NCBI RefSeq assembly: GCF_018350175.1
Contig: NC_058383.1
Location: forward strand, 2,170,001-2,234,000
Direction: 5' to 3'
Origin: Felis catus
Lineage: Eukaryota
Length of the DNA: 64,000 bases
Shown here: positions 25,011-38,425 of the stretch, piece after piece
How positions within the stretch are numbered: the first letter of the stretch is position 1
How the letters are laid out: each line of letters begins with the position of its first letter
Notes under the pieces: model-generated
The model's input: the letters and a program-made list of their open reading frames with translations, nothing else
The model's database searches: none
Told to the model about the DNA's origin: nothing
Made by a program: the position numbers and the translations under genes

Positions 25011-26309
25011 GGTGAAGTACAGTTTGTGAGTGGAGGACAAGGACAAGAAACCTGCTTGGAAGCATCTGGAACGGAGTGGGAGGGCAAGCCAGGCCAGGAA
25101 CTCCCCAGGATCTGTGTCCCAGGCCAGGATCTGTGTCCCAGGCCAGGAAGGTGGCTGGGTTGAGGCTCCTGAAAGGCCGTCCCAAGACCTGTGGGCGCCA
25201 GGAGACACGCCAGGCAGGGCCAGCCTCCCAGATGCTGGGGCGGAAGCCAGAACAATGGCATCCCCTGCGTTTGGACCCCTTCCAAAGAGGTTCACATTTT
25301 CCACGGAGAGAGCACTCACGACAACTGGCAGGGAGAAGAGAAAGCCAGAGGCCGCGTTTCCCAGCTGTGATGTGTGCTGTGCCGCCAGCCCACCACCCGC
25401 TCCCCACAGACACCTGGCTCGTGGGTCCTGGCCGCGGGAAAGCCTCAGGAGCCCTGCTTTCAGGTTGGCCCGGTGGCGTTGGCCGTGTGGCTCGGAGGCT
25501 GGGAGAGACGCCATCCAGCGTGCTCCCCGAGAGGTCCACAGGGCGAGCCAAACACTGACCCAGCCAGACTGACGACGTGAGCACCCCTCGCTTGTCTGGA
25601 ACCACCTCACTGGCAGCCTTGCCTGTCCAGAGAGCCCCTGGAACCAGTAAGTCAGCAGGGATGGGCCGTGGCAGCCGGGGATCCCGCCCCAAGTCCCAGC
25701 CTGCAAGCCTCGTCTCGCTCAGAGCCTCCTTACTCCTTGCCTGACACGCGGCACTGACAGGGCTGGTGTCCGGGCCCCAGGGCTCATATGAGAGAAGCCT
25801 GGAAAGCAATCACAGACACTCTCCTCCCCGGGCGGGGCCCCTCAGCCCTGCCCGTCTGCCCAGCGATGTGTCACCTGGCGAGCGTTGTGCAGAGAGAGTG
25901 TCGCGGGACCCAGGGCTCATGCCAGGCTTCTCCCGCCAACTACGAGCCCTTGGGAAAGTCGTGTCACCTACGGGGGCTTTATGCCCGCCAAGCCCCGCTT
26001 CCCCATTTTACAGCTGGGAAAACTGAGGCTCCGTGCCACAACCCCGGCACATCAGAAAGCGGGAAGCTGTGTCCGGTAGCTCTCCTCGTGGCAGGGGAGA
26101 GACTGTGCACAAGCACAAGTGTTAGCACGAGCACACCCGACCTGAGCCAGACGGCCGATCTTCGCAGCCCACGAGAGAACTGTGGCTCCTTCGTTTCACA
26201 GACAAGGAATCTAAAACCCGGAAGATGAAGCCACTCGCCCTGAGTCCCGAGCCAGGGAGCTGGAGACAGTGTCGCCCTCGTGGCAGGCACCACGGGGCCA
26301 CTGTGTGGT

Positions 26310-26782
26310 GAACAAGTCATCCTGGCCGAAATTGGGGTCCAGCCTTTGCCTTCGGCTTCGGGGAGATCTGCATCATGTCCGATAGACGTGTCTTTGTTTA
26401 GCGCGGGGACCGGTCACATCAGAAAGTCCAGCCACGTGATTTAGGATGGGGGCTTTGGACCACGCCGCATCAGTCCACCTGGTAACTATGTCGGCAATGG
26501 ACCGACCAATCAATCAAGCCTACGTCGTGGAACCCAAAAAAAACGCTGGGCACCGGGGCTGGGGTGGGTGCCCCTGCTTGGCAACACTCTGTGCGTTTTG
26601 TCACACGTCAGTGCCGGAGGGCCACGCGTCCTGAGCGCAATAGAAACTTTCCCCGTGGACCACCCCCATCCCCACCCCGGGCCGCCGTCTCCTGTGACGT
26701 ATCTGCTTTCGTGACTTCCGTGAGTTCTCCTAGCCCGTTTTGGAATCTCCGCGTGGTTTGCGGAACTCTCCCACCTTGCAAC
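26310..26782 (+). mobile_element. LTR relic (MER21/ERVL-like)
   Basis: accaatcaatcaagcctacgtcgtggaaccc, gcttggcaacactctgtgcgttttgtcacac and gtgagttctcctagc resemble MER21-type LTRs; family assignment from memory. Confidence 0.5.
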
Positions 26783-27014
26783 TGGTGAGGTGAGGCGTGA
26801 GACCGTCTCGGGGCCGATGCCGACTCCCCTTTCACACTTGGGTCTTGCTAATCCCCACACGAGACAGATGACCACCATCCCCACGTCAGGAGGAAAAAAG
26901 GCTCAGAGGGTTAGGTATGGACGCAAGGTGTAAACCCCTGTCTCTCAAAATTTCTGGTTTGATTCTCTCTGCCGTGCAACCCCCCAAATAACGTATTTTT
27001 AAAAGACCAACGGG

Positions 27015-27400
27015 TGATGCATTTGTTGCTGAATAGTTAACCTCCCCCAAAACTCAGTGGCTTAAGACCACCTATGCCGTATCTGTTTGTGGCTCCGGGG
27101 CTGAGCAGCGTGGGCTCAGCTGGGTGGTCCTTTGGTGGCTGGCAGGGTTGTACATGTACCTGCGGTCACACGGCAGACCCACTGGGCCATCTGGACGGTC
27201 TCAGATGGCTGGTGCTTGGTGCCGAGCCGGGGCCACACTCAGCTGAGTTGGGTCGGCTTCTTCCCCGGTGGGAAGGAGAGCTTTTAAGCCCTGAAGCGTG
27301 AACACTTGCCTGCTCGTGTCCCATTTAATAATGGGTCCCATTGGCCAAAGCCAGTCATGGCCAAGCACAGAGACAATGGGCAGGACTGAACAAGGCACGG
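27015..27400 (-). mobile_element. Old MaLR LTR fragment (MLT1J/K-like)
   Basis: ccccaaaactcagtggcttaa, gggctcagctgggtggtcc, gtcccattggccaaagccagtcatggccaagc. Confidence 0.55.
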
Positions 27401-30400
27401 ACACAGGGGAGTGTGGACGCGGGCCGGGGCTACGTCAGTCAAGATTGAGCGGACTTCCAAAAGGGGAAGAGATTCTTAAAGTCCTGTGCGGTCCCTTCCT
27501 CCCTGGCAGGCGCAGAGGAGGAAATGGATGTGAGCAGCTGGGATGAGAGGGTCTGAGAGGGTTCCTCCCCACAGCTCGGGAACCTCACCTCTGTCTCCAG
27601 GAGCAGCGGGAAGGGGACTCTGGCTTGGTCTCTGGCTTCAAGCTGGTGACGAAGGCTGGCCGGGCAGCTGTTGGAAGGATGGACTGTCAATCACACTGTC
27701 CCCGTGCTTGGGGAGAGAAGGCTCCTTTCCCGGACCTTGGACCTTCGGAAGCAGGCCAGCAAGTGTGGGGAGGGATCACGGCCTCTCGCCGGGGGCCGTG
27801 GGAGAGGCAGGCTCTCCCTGCCCCCTCCTGAGCCCTGCCAGCTGCTCCCAGGCTTGGGCTGTCTGGTGACACCGTTCCCCTTCCAAGAGCTGAGACCCTT
27901 CAGCCGGGCAGCCTTCCAAGCCTCAGTCTCCCCGTCTGCAAACGGAGGACGATCTTGCTTCCCTCTCTGGGCGGGTGCCGGGGTTACGCTAGAAAGGGGA
28001 TGTTCACAGCTGAAACCCAGCTTCCTTCCCTCACTGTAAGCTGTTTCCCCACGCGATGTGCCCAAGTGCCTTTGGGGGCCTGTCACTCACCCCCCAGCCA
28101 CTCCGACTGTGCTTTGCCTGAGTAGAGGCCAGCCACTGCATCCCCACGGGGGGGTCCTAGGGGCCCAGGTTCAAAGTGGGGTCAGACAGTTCTCATTCCC
28201 TCACACACTGTTTCCCTGGCTGGGGTGGGGCCCAGGGAGTCAGGGTCTCCCTCCCCAGGGTGGGCCGCCTCTTCTGGGAAGCCCTGGAAGGAAATGTTAG
28301 CCCCACAGGGCTGGTGGAAGGAAATGTCTCCAGCAGGCTGCCAGGAACGTGAGGCAGACAGGGAGGGCTGTGCTCATGGCCTGAGCTTGTCCTCCCCGCC
28401 CCCGTCTGTGTGAAGGATGCTGACCGTGCCAACCCCCCCCCCCCCCCCCCTGTTCTCCTCATCTCTCCCGGAGGCTCAGGGAGGCAGGGGTCGGGGCAGG
28501 AGCAAGGTGGAGGCTTCTGGAACTGAGGCCAAGATGATGGCATTATCATGGCTGGGCCCTTGACGGGTGCTCCATGCATGTTTCTGGAACAGACGTCATC
28601 ATGCTCTCCAGGAGCTGCCCAGGCTGGCACAGGCCTGCTCCGGCCACGTGCTCACACTCACCCAGAGACATGGCTCCGGTCACTCCCAAACTGAGGGTCA
28701 GTTCACCCCGGGTCACCGGCCAGGATGGTCTGGCTAGATCCCTCGGCCTGGATTTTGTTGCCTGCGGGCCCAGGAACCCTTTCCTCCCCAGATATCCCAG
28801 CTGCTCAGCAGCACGGACGGGGGTCGTGGGTGAGTGGGCAGCCACACTGGGCTCGCCTCCCTGCCTGGCCTCACTTTCTGCTCTGTTAGGGCCCTGGGGA
28901 TGCACCGAGATCAGTGAGGAGGGAATGTGCTGGAAATGTGTCCCAGTCTGAGGCCGCTCCCCACCTGGCACACGTGGGATGTCCAGCCCTCTCCTGTCTT
29001 TGGGGGTGGCTAAGAGGGACTGGCTTTATCTGGTGGGCACTGAGGGGGACAGCCTTCACAGAGTTCCTCACCAGCCCCTGAATCATCGTCAGCCCTCCCA
29101 GCTGCCAGGCATCCTTCACCTTCTGAAAGGCAAATTGGACCTGGCATCCCGCTGCCAGCAGCCCTTCCCTGCTCCCACGGTTCCCAGGGTTCCCGGGGTG
29201 AGGGCCAAACTCCTCCACAGAACGTGCAGTTCCCCCCTCCCTGCCCCCTGCCCCAGCCACAGACCCTGCTTCCGCCCCAGCCTGCCGGCCCCAGCCACGC
29301 TGGACCACTTCTGGCTCCAGGGGGAGGGCCAAGGGTTCCCTAGGCAGGAAGACCCCCATTCCCTCCTCCGGAGGCGAGGGCCGCGTGTTCCTGCCCGCCG
29401 CCCCCCCCCCCGACCCCGGCCACTGCCCGCTCTGCACTTTGTGCTGCTGGGCCTCTCGCCTGGACCCTCGCCAGCCTGGTAGGGAGGTCTGCCCGCCTGG
29501 GTCCTGGCACCCTGGCGGGTGGGTGTTTGTGGGTGAAGGAGTTTACCCCAGTCTGCGTGGCGCCTGGCCTAGCTGAGAGACTTGCAAACAGATCAAATAA
29601 ACCTTGATCCTTGAAGGTCCACAGTGCCTTCCTCTCTCAGTGCCTGGCCCACAGCAGACGTGCAGCAAATACTAAAGCAGGCGGGACGAACTCAGTTCGT
29701 GAGAGCGCAGAGAAAGGAGGGGCTGACCCCAGGGAGCGTCTCAGCAGGGCCAGGCGGGCAGGCCTGGGGGACGGGACACTGCTGGCGGGAAACAGCTTGT
29801 GTAAGGTGGTCAGCTGGATGGGGGGAAGGGCATGCTCTGGGCAGGCTGTGCGCGTGCGTCTAGAGGGGAGGGCAGGGGTCAGGGCCAGAGGCGGGGGGGG
29901 GGGTGTGCCAAGCTGGGGCATGGAGGGAATCCAAGTGAGTCTGTTGGGGAGAGAAGGTGTGTGTTTATCCTGGTTTTTAACTGAGGATCACAGGGCAGCA
30001 TGGGGAGGATGGGCCACAGTGCCTGACGGATTCATAGAGCCGGGATGGAGACGAGGAACAGGACGGATGAGTGCTGGCCCCCCCTGGATCTGTCCTTCTC
30101 TTCCCCCCTTAGCAACGGAACTTCCCGTTTTTATTGCGTCTATGACCACCGAGAATAGACTAACGTTTCCCAAGCTCCTTGGCAGCTGGGTAGGCTAGTG
30201 AACACCTTCTGACCAATGGAATACCAGTGGAAGTGTCCTCAAGTGAGGGGACACCCCCTTCCTCCTTCCTTCCTGTGGCTCGAGTTTGTGTTACGGCCGG
30301 AGCCCGAGCAGCCTTTTTGGGCCGTGAAGCCTTGTGTTTGGGAGAGTGAAGCAGTGAGGAGAGTGTGGGTCTTTGCAAAGCATGCAGCCGCCATATCTCA

Positions 30401-31463
30401 CCTGCCCTGTTTCCCTGGGGGCTTTGGAAACTTTGAAAGTGTTTGGGTTACTGATATTTTGGGTGTTCTCAGTCTCCAGCCAGATCTAAAGCCAATGAAT
30501 GGAAGGATGGAGGGAGGTCTCAGGTTCTGAGGACTCTCCTGAGACTTAGCGGGGACAGGGCAGTGAGAAGAGAGAGCCAAGGCCGCCTCCGAGGTCTTGT
30601 GGGAAGTGGCGGAATACTTCACTCTGCATGCGTTAGGCCCCTTCCGTGTCTGCTGCGAGGGTGTACAGGTGAATGGCCTGCTCTGTGCAGGCGGCTCACG
30701 GTCCGGCGGGACAGACGCACGCCGGAAGGGCTCTGCTGGAGGAAGGGAAGCCCCTCGCCCAGGAGTTGCTAAGCGCTTCTTGCGTTCGTTCTGCACAGTT
30801 ATCGAGCACCTCCTGTGCACCAGATGCCGTGTTAGGTCTTGGGAGCGGCAGTGAGCCTTGCGAACACAGTCTGGAACCAAGGGAGTCTGACAGGGGAGTC
30901 ACACGGCCATCAGATGATCTCAGCGTTGAGTGACAGGGCAGTGGAAGTGGCCGAGTGCCACACAGGGTGAATCCTGTGCCGTGAGGTATCATGCCAGGGG
31001 CCAAAGGAGGCCCTGCAGGACCTTGTGACACCCCTCCCCACGGGGTAGACGTCTCAAGGGCTCTCTCGGAGCAAAGCCACTTCCCCAGCGAATCTCCCGC
31101 TTGTTCCTGGCTGCCCCTGACCTTGGCCGTGGCTGACGGCAGGTACCCCTGGCCGAATCGAGTCTGGGCCCACAGGACAAGGGGGCAAGGCCACGCAGGT
31201 CCGGCTGATATGGTGGCTTGAGCTGTCACGGGCAGGGACGGACATGGGGAGGAGTGGACAGACGTGGGCCATCTTTAGGAGGTGAAAGCCTCAGGGGGTT
31301 TTGTTGACACTTTGGAGATGGTGATAGGGGAGAGGGAGAGGCTCAGAGGGCACCCCCTCCAGGCTTCTGGCCTGTGTGTGGATGGTGGGGTGCAGGAGGG
31401 GTCCCCAAGGGTGTGCCTGCATGGGAGGAGAGATTTGTGTTATTTACAAAGATGTTTTTAAAC

Positions 31464-31657
31464 TTTTTTACCCTTGATTTATTTTTGAAAGAGAGAGAGC
31501 GTGAGTGGGGGAGGAACAGAGAGAGAGGGAGACACAGAATCTGAAGCAGGCTTCAGGCTCCTCCCAGAGCCCGACGCGGGGCTGGAACTCATGAGCCACA
31601 AGTTTGTGACCTGAGCTGAAGTCAGACGCTGAACTGACCGAGCCACCCAGGTGCCCC
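31464..31657 (-). mobile_element. CAN-SINE
   Basis: Reverse complement of SINEC head (ccgagccacccaggtgcccc), (GA)n region, T-rich tail; imperfect TSD tttacaaag. Confidence 0.9.
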
Positions 31658-31669
31658 GTTTTTACAAAG

Positions 31670-32315
31670 GTTTTTGAATTGGGGTAGACTATATATAACA
31701 AACAATTTATCATCTTAACCATTTTCAAATGCCCAGTTCGGGGACATCGAGCACATTCACCCTGTTGTGCGGCCACCACCACCGCCGTCCGGTTCCAGAA
31801 CATTCCATCCCCCCACAGGAGACTCTCTCCCCATCGCACGCTAACCCTCATCCCCTCCCAGCCGGGGCACCGCCCCCCAGCCGTGTTTGTGTTCCCGTCC
31901 CTGCCTCGTTTCGGTGAGCACGATGTCCTCCAGAGGCGCCCGTGTGCTAGCGTGTGTCAGGGCTCCCCTCCTCCGTCAGGTTGGAGAGGAGCCCGCTGTG
32001 TGCGTGGACCTCGACTCCTTTACCTGACAACAGACACCTGGCTCCTTCCGCCTTCTGCGTTGTGGGCGCTGCTGCTGTGGATGTGAGTGTGCACACGCCT
32101 CGTCCCTTGCGTCCCTGGGTTGAATTCTTTGCTGGATCCCGTGGTGATTCTGTTTACCTACTTGAGGCGCCGCCAGACCGTTCTCCAGAGCAGCGAAACC
32201 GCCTTACGTTCCCACCGACCGTGCACACGGGCTCCCGTCCCTCCCCGTCCTCACCTGTCACCTGTGGCTTTGATTTCTTTTTGTAGTGGCCATCCCAGTG
32301 GGGGCGGGGTTGGTG
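31670..32315 (-). mobile_element. L1 (L1MB-like) 3' end fragment
   Basis: tttatcatcttaaccattttcaaatgcccagttc, cacattcaccctgttgtgcggccaccaccacc, gctgctgctgtggatgtgagtgtgcaca, cttgaggcgccgccagaccgttctccagagc. Confidence 0.75.
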
Positions 32316-34007
32316 AGCGTCATTTTGGGCAAGCTGAGGTGGATGTCTTGGGGATGTCCCCAAGGCGCCAAGGAGGGGGTGACTGGGTGGCCTGGGAGGT
32401 ACGGGTGCCGTCATCCACGCAGCAGGAAAGATGAAGGCTGTGGTGTGTGCGGGCTTGTGGGAGCAGAGGACAGGGTTTCCCAGAGGTCTGCAGAGCAGGG
32501 ATGTGGGGTGTCGGGGCAGCCGAGGAAGGGGAGGGGGTCAGCAGTGTCACCTGCTGTAGAAACACCCATGGGGTGAAGACAGGGACTGAGGCTGGAGCAG
32601 AGAGCCTCCTCTCAGTACCCAACAGGGGGAGGGAAGGTTAGACACAGGAGAGAGAAGTCAAAATTCCACCAGCAGTAACCAAATAAGGACAGGGGTGCAA
32701 TCGTTGGCCACAAACTAAAGCGCGGAAGATTCTGGAAGCATACACGCAGAGCTTACCCCTACCCCAGGCCTCCGGAAGCAAAGAAGGAAGTCCACAGAAT
32801 TCTGAGAGACTTTGTCAGGGCCTCTCCCGATTTGTAAAGAACTCACTACGGGGGTAAATGGGGAGGGGGCAGTGAGAGAAATATTCCAGAATGTTCCAGG
32901 AGGCCCTGAGACCTGCCCCCCCCCCCCCCCCCCCCGCCACAGCTACAGGATGCACTTTCCTGGAGCCCTGAGTGCCCTGCTGGGGGACAGTCAGAAAACC
33001 TCCAAGTGGCTCTGGGCAGAGGAACGGCGTCAGATGCGGGATGAGCCTGAGAGCGGCCTCAGCCCTACGCTGCAGCTCGAGGACGCCCACCCATGATATT
33101 TACCGAGTACCGACAGCGGCCGTTTCTAGGGAGAAGGTCTGTGGACGATGTGTGGCTGCTGTACCGTTTCTGTCTTTTAAAACAACGTGTTTGATGTGAA
33201 GGGAGTGGCCAGAGAGCCGGGGCGGGGAGGCAGAGGTGGGCAGGACCCGGGTGGGGCTGGGGGGGCCCCGACAGCTCCGGTGTAAGAGGAGGATTTGCCC
33301 CAGACACACCCTAGGGGAGAGAGGACTCTGCCCTCCACCTCAGTGCTCACAGAGTGTCCCGTCCCACTGCGCTCTCGGTGACGACAGCCTGGTGTGTAAG
33401 CAGCTCGAACGCCAGCAGCTGAGGCCGCCGGACCCGGCCAGTTAAGAGGATCCCTCCTCTTATCTGATGTCACTCCTGCTTGGGCACCGCTGCAGGAGGA
33501 GAGCCTCCCACCGCGAACACCGGGGGGGGGGGGGGTGTCCCTGTGAACCGGCCTTCAGAAAATCACTTCGCACACACAGCCGTGGCCACGCCGTGCGGAG
33601 AGGGACACCTGCGGCCGGGCAGAGGCCAGCAGCACCCCTGGACACCGGCGCGTTCATGTGAGTCCTCGGCGCTCGGGAACAAAGACCGCATATCCCATTC
33701 GGATCTTGACACGGCCAAGGACTCTCAAACAGCTGGGGCACAAGTGAGGATGATGTGCGTTGGAGGAGTGCATCAAGCGGCTCACACGGAGTGGTGTAGA
33801 CGCCGGTGGGAGCTCGTGGAATCCACGAGCGGCATATGTGATCCTAATTACGTGTGTATGGTCCACTAACAAACCACTTACCGAGGAGCTGAGATTGAAC
33901 GATCCCATCCACCCGTGTCAGAAGTCCCTATTTTCACATTGGTCACACGTTTTCCTTTTTGGGGTCTTCTCCGTGGAAACCACATAGCTTAGCCTGGCTT
34001 GAGTTTA

Positions 34008-34180
34008 CGGTGTGCGTGTACGTGTGCGTGAGCTTTTGTGTCTTTGCTTGTGTGTTCGTATGTGCAAGTATGTATTTCACATGAGCGTGCGTTTGTGCAT
34101 TTGCCTGCGTTCGTATGAGAGCATGTTTGTGTGTGCGTGTGTGTGCATGCACGTGCATGTCTGTCTGCGTGTGTCTGCCC
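34008..34180. repeat. Degenerate (TG)n-rich low-complexity tract
   Basis: Direct inspection; similar tracts at ~2030-2110 and ~10290-10380. Confidence 0.75.
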
Positions 34181-35897
34181 ATGGGTGCACAGCACATCCG
34201 GGCAGACGGCTGGCTGGGGGTTCTGCACAGTAGCCCTGGGCCTGGTGGCTGACTGTGGGGTGAGGACGATGAAGAGAGACGGGCCCAGGCCCAGGCTTCT
34301 GGCTCGGAAAACTGAGTGGCTTGTGACGATGCCCATGGAGACGGCATCGCTGGTTTGCTGGACGGGGGACAGGTTAGGGGGCAAAGGTCACTGAAAGCCG
34401 GGCCAAGCTGAGCTTGAGGCCTCTGAGACACGTAGGTACAGACGTCCGTGTCAGTATTTGGGGAGTGTGGGCATTGGGGATGGAGCCCTGGGGATGCCCC
34501 CATCTAACAGACAACCAGGGGTGGTGCCCAGCCTGGTCACAGGCTGGGTGGGGGGGCAGGAGAAATACCGTGTGAGGGAGGAGACCAGACACGGGGGTAG
34601 GGCCATCGTGCCAGTGATGCCAAGAGGGAGAGCCCTTGGCGCTGAACTGGGCCTAGACGGAGGGCGGGGACGAGGCCACCATCAGCAGGGGCGGCCGCGC
34701 CGGGGCCCCGACCCCAGCCACCCCCCTTCCGGGCTTTTATTCCTTCTGAGCCGCCGGCCGGGAAGGGGAGGGCTGAGGAAGCAAGCGGCCAGGCTGGGAG
34801 CCTGAATGGCAGCCCCGGGGGCCTTGGCACAGATTGCACCCTCTCCTTTGAATCCCAGGCTGTTCTGGGGCTTAATTAACGGTGAGCTCCGGGGCACCCC
34901 GCTCCCTATTCAGAAAGGACTCCATGGAAACTCCAGAGGCTCCTCAGGCAGGCTCTGGCTAATGGGGCCGCCCCTCTGCGCTGTCCGCAGCCCGGCTGGG
35001 TTCCCAGGATGTGAGTGGAAGGCGCTGGCCAAAGGCCATTGGCTGGTACCGGAGCCCGGAACGTGGAGCGGTTCCTCCTCCTCGTTCGTGCCCTCAGCCC
35101 AGTAGCAGGTGCTAAAAGGAACCGGGGATTCGGATTCTGACATTTTTTTCCATATTCCTTGGTGACTTTTGAAGAATCTCATCAAGAAAATCATCTTGGC
35201 AAGGGCCTGCGGGTAACTCTCAGTTAAGAGTCTATAAGGAGGCCCACGTGCTCCTTGCGGGCCAGGCTGGGCACTACTTTCAAATTCCCGAGGGTCACAA
35301 ACCAACCAGTGGCAGGAACAGGGAGCGGGACGTGTGCACGTGTGTATCTCTGTGCCTGCTCACGGATTCACATGTCTGTCTACCCCTGCTGGCCAGGGCC
35401 CGAGGCTGGGCCGTACTCCGTTCCCTTGCCAGCTCCAGCTAAGGAACTCCCCGGGAGGGTCTCCCCCGGAGGCCGCTCTCTGCGGGTGGACCCCAGCCTC
35501 TCCGAGGACACGCAGGGACAGGCGTGTGGCCGGGGAAGGTGTCTGATGTGCTCTGCTCTCTGCCGTCACAGACTCCTTAAGGCCCAAGCGGCTCCTGCAC
35601 AAAGCGTGAAGCCTTCCAGACAAGCCGTTCGCCCAGACACGTGGTGATGGGGCGCGAGGTGGGCTCGGGCAAGGCCAGAGCCGGCCAACGAGCCCCTGGA
35701 GGGGCTCCGGGCAGATTCCAGCAGGATCTAAGGGCCTGGCAAGCAGCCGCACGCAAGCAAAATCTTGGGGAAGATTTATTCCCCAGACATCAGCTGTCTT
35801 CTGCCGCCGGATTCGTGGATTCCTGTCAAAGATTCCTTCCCTGCTCCTAAAGCAAAAGCCGAGTAGAATTTGGGGAAACACCCCCAGATGAAAACAC

Positions 35898-36074
35898 ATT
35901 TTTAGTTCTTTTTTAATTTTTAATTTTTTTTTATTTTTGAGAGCGAGCGTAAGCACAGGAGCAGGGGAAGAGCAGCTAGAGAATCTCAAGCAGGCTCCTC
36001 GATCCCAGTGGGACTGTGACCTGCACCAAAATCCAGAGTCGGACGCTCAAGCGACTGAGCCACCCAGGCGCCCC
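35898..36074 (-). mobile_element. CAN-SINE, internally deleted/degenerate
   Basis: T-rich tail, gagagcgagcgtaagcacagg, gagtcggacgctcaagcgactgagccacccaggcgcccc. Confidence 0.8.
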
Positions 36075-37024
36075 TCACGTCTTCGTTTCTTGACGCTCGA
36101 GTCCTCTCGGGCCAGCAAGGAGAAGGGAGGAGGGGAGGCGGGAGCGGAGGGAGCCGCGGGCGGGAGGCAGGGCCTCTTCCCTCTGGCTGGCCCTCTGCAC
36201 CCCAGCCGGTGCGAAGCAGAGGCCCAGCGGCCCCGGAAAGTGAGGTTTCTGAAGCACACAGTCTGGGCTACAGCGTCGCACCCCTGGGGGCAATTCAAAG
36301 TGACAGGATTTACTCAGCAAACAAGACAAATACCCTGCGAGACAGCTGTTCTTTGCAGCACAGGGTGAAAACCTCATCCTTTCCGAAGACTCCTGTATGA
36401 ACGACGCATAAAGTTGCAACGATCTAAATACACGTGCCGAAGGCCAGTGGGTCCACCGCTTCCTCCCCTGAGCCACCTGCTGGTTTCACGTTTTAACTCC
36501 CAGGTGGGACTTCTCGTTTTTAAGGACGCTTAGCCGGCAGGGAAGTGGGGCTAGCGGGCCCTTGGGAACGTGGCAAGGTGGGACCTTGGAGGGGCAGCCC
36601 GCCGGACCCCCGGTCCTCAGAGAATCTCTGAGCCACGTGACAGCAGGTGCTCCTGCCAGAGCCACAGCAGGGCTGTCATTTAAGCTCAGGTGGACTCGGA
36701 GTTTAAATTGTGTTCGGATCTCGAAGGGTAGCGGGCTTTCTGCAGAGGGTATTTATTTCTCGAAATCAGAGAGAAAGGCGTGCTGTGCTCACCCTGGCAG
36801 ACGAGCTAGGCTGGTCTCCCTTTTCCTAACACTGTGGGTATTTTTGCCAGGATGGAGGTTTCTGGTCTGTCTGAAGGGCCAAGAGCACTTGTCAGGACGA
36901 CAGTGGACGTTCATGGGACAGGGCACAGCCAGCACGTGCCGTCGGGGCCATGGGTCTGTCTCTCAGAGTCCCTCCCTCACACATAGAGGAGCAAGCAAAC
37001 AAAACCCCCTAAAAACCCCATCGA

Positions 37025-37230
37025 GGGGCACCCGGGTGTCTCAGACAGTGAAGCTCCCGACTCTTGGTTTCGGCTCAGGTCGTGATCTCCCGGTTCGTGG
37101 GATCGAGCCCCGCATCAGGCTCTGTGCTGATGGTGTGGAAGCTGCTTGGGATTCTCTCTCCCCGCTCCTCTCTGCTCCTCCCCCACCTGGGTCCTCTCTG
37201 TCTCTCTCAAAATAAACAAACTTAACAAAA
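37025..37230 (+). mobile_element. CAN-SINE
   Basis: ggggcacccgggtgtctcag head, tttcggctcaggtcgtgatctc, (CT)n, aaaataaacaaac tail. Confidence 0.9.
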
Positions 37231-38365
37231 GCCATTGAGCTGCCCAGTCAGCGACCTCCCCACTGGGAGGCCTGCGGGGCTCCTGGTCTTGGCGGTCTCC
37301 CTCTCCGGGCCCTCACCTGTCCACCCTGGCGGGGACCTCCCGGCCCGCACTCCTCCTGGGTCCCTGGGCACGGAGACCCGCAGCTGAGCTCCCTGGAAGC
37401 CGCCTGCCACTCGGCTCGCCCCTCGGCACAGCCCTCACGCGTCTACTTGCTCATGTCTGGGCAGCTGCCCGGTCCCGCCCTGTGCTGTTCCCACTAGCAC
37501 TGCCCTCCCTGCCCTCTTTCTCCCTGGAGCATGCCTGCTGGGTGGGTGCGAACTGAGGGCCGCCGGGGGCCGTGACACTGCCCGGACTCCTCTGTCATCA
37601 TCACCCGGCACCTTCAGGAATGCCACAGGACAGCCTGTCTCCGGCTCCCGGGCTGGGGTCTCTCCGGCATCCCGGGCGGCAGGAGCAGCATCTCCATAGC
37701 CAGGCCGGGTCAGTCCCCGTGCGTCCCGGTGGGAGACAGCGCCGCTTCGGGAGGGAGGGGCCGGGGGTGGGTGGCGGCAGCCTGGAAGCCTCGCCTCCCC
37801 GTGGTCAGGAGGCCCGGCTGTGGCAGCACCGGGTCAGCTGGGTCAGGGCCGGGAGATGTGGCTTCCGCTTCTGCACTGTGAGGGTGGCCGGGGTGGGGGC
37901 AGGGCACGTTTCTCTGTCAGCCCCCAGCCGGTGTGCGGGTGCTGTGGTGACAACCAGGGCACGGCGAGCCGCACATGCCCCGGACTCCCCACGGGAGGGT
38001 ACGGACCTGTGCCTTTGGGGTGCTTGATGCCTGAGGTCGCGGTGCCTGTCTCCTTTCTGCTGGATCCCTTTCCCCTCCCCTGCCTCCCTGGAGTGGGCCC
38101 CGAGGCCCCATGTGGGCAGTGGCCCCCAGCTGAGCAGGCACAGGGAGTCGGCGCTCCAGGCCCTTCTGGCTCTGCAGGCCAGGAAACCCAGCCCCACGGC
38201 CAGGCCCCACAAGCAGGATGCTGCCTGGGGTTCTCCTCGGCGCCTACAGGGCCACAGGGCCACAGGGCAGGCCGTCCGCCAGAGGGTGTGCACACTGGAC
38301 TCTGGCTGAACTCACGGTGGCCTAGAGGTGCATCAGTGACCGAGGCGGCTTCGAGAATGTTTGCT

Positions 38366-38425
38366 TTTAATAGATCAACAATGCTGCCCCGAAGGCACAC
38401 AGGCAGGCGCGTGTACATATTTACA
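38366..38425 (-). terminator. Probable IQCE polyadenylation signal (ATTAAA at 38366-38371) with upstream UGUA/Pumilio element
   Basis: Minus strand reads ...CTGTAAATATGTACAC...GATCTATTAAAAGCAAACA, an AT-rich patch ~1.8 kb after the stop in otherwise GC-rich DNA. Confidence 0.5.

Noticed and set aside
28433..28450. Long C/G homopolymers (also ~11252, ~32915, ~33522)
   Set aside because: Common in this GC-rich region and of uncertain length in assemblies; no specific function can be supported.
21600..38300. A hidden third gene or novel system in the IQCE-TTYH3 intergenic region
   Set aside because: I could not build a consistent exon chain or recognise a protein or structured RNA. The content is explained by old repeats and GC-rich unique DNA. 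A lncRNA cannot be excluded without expression data.
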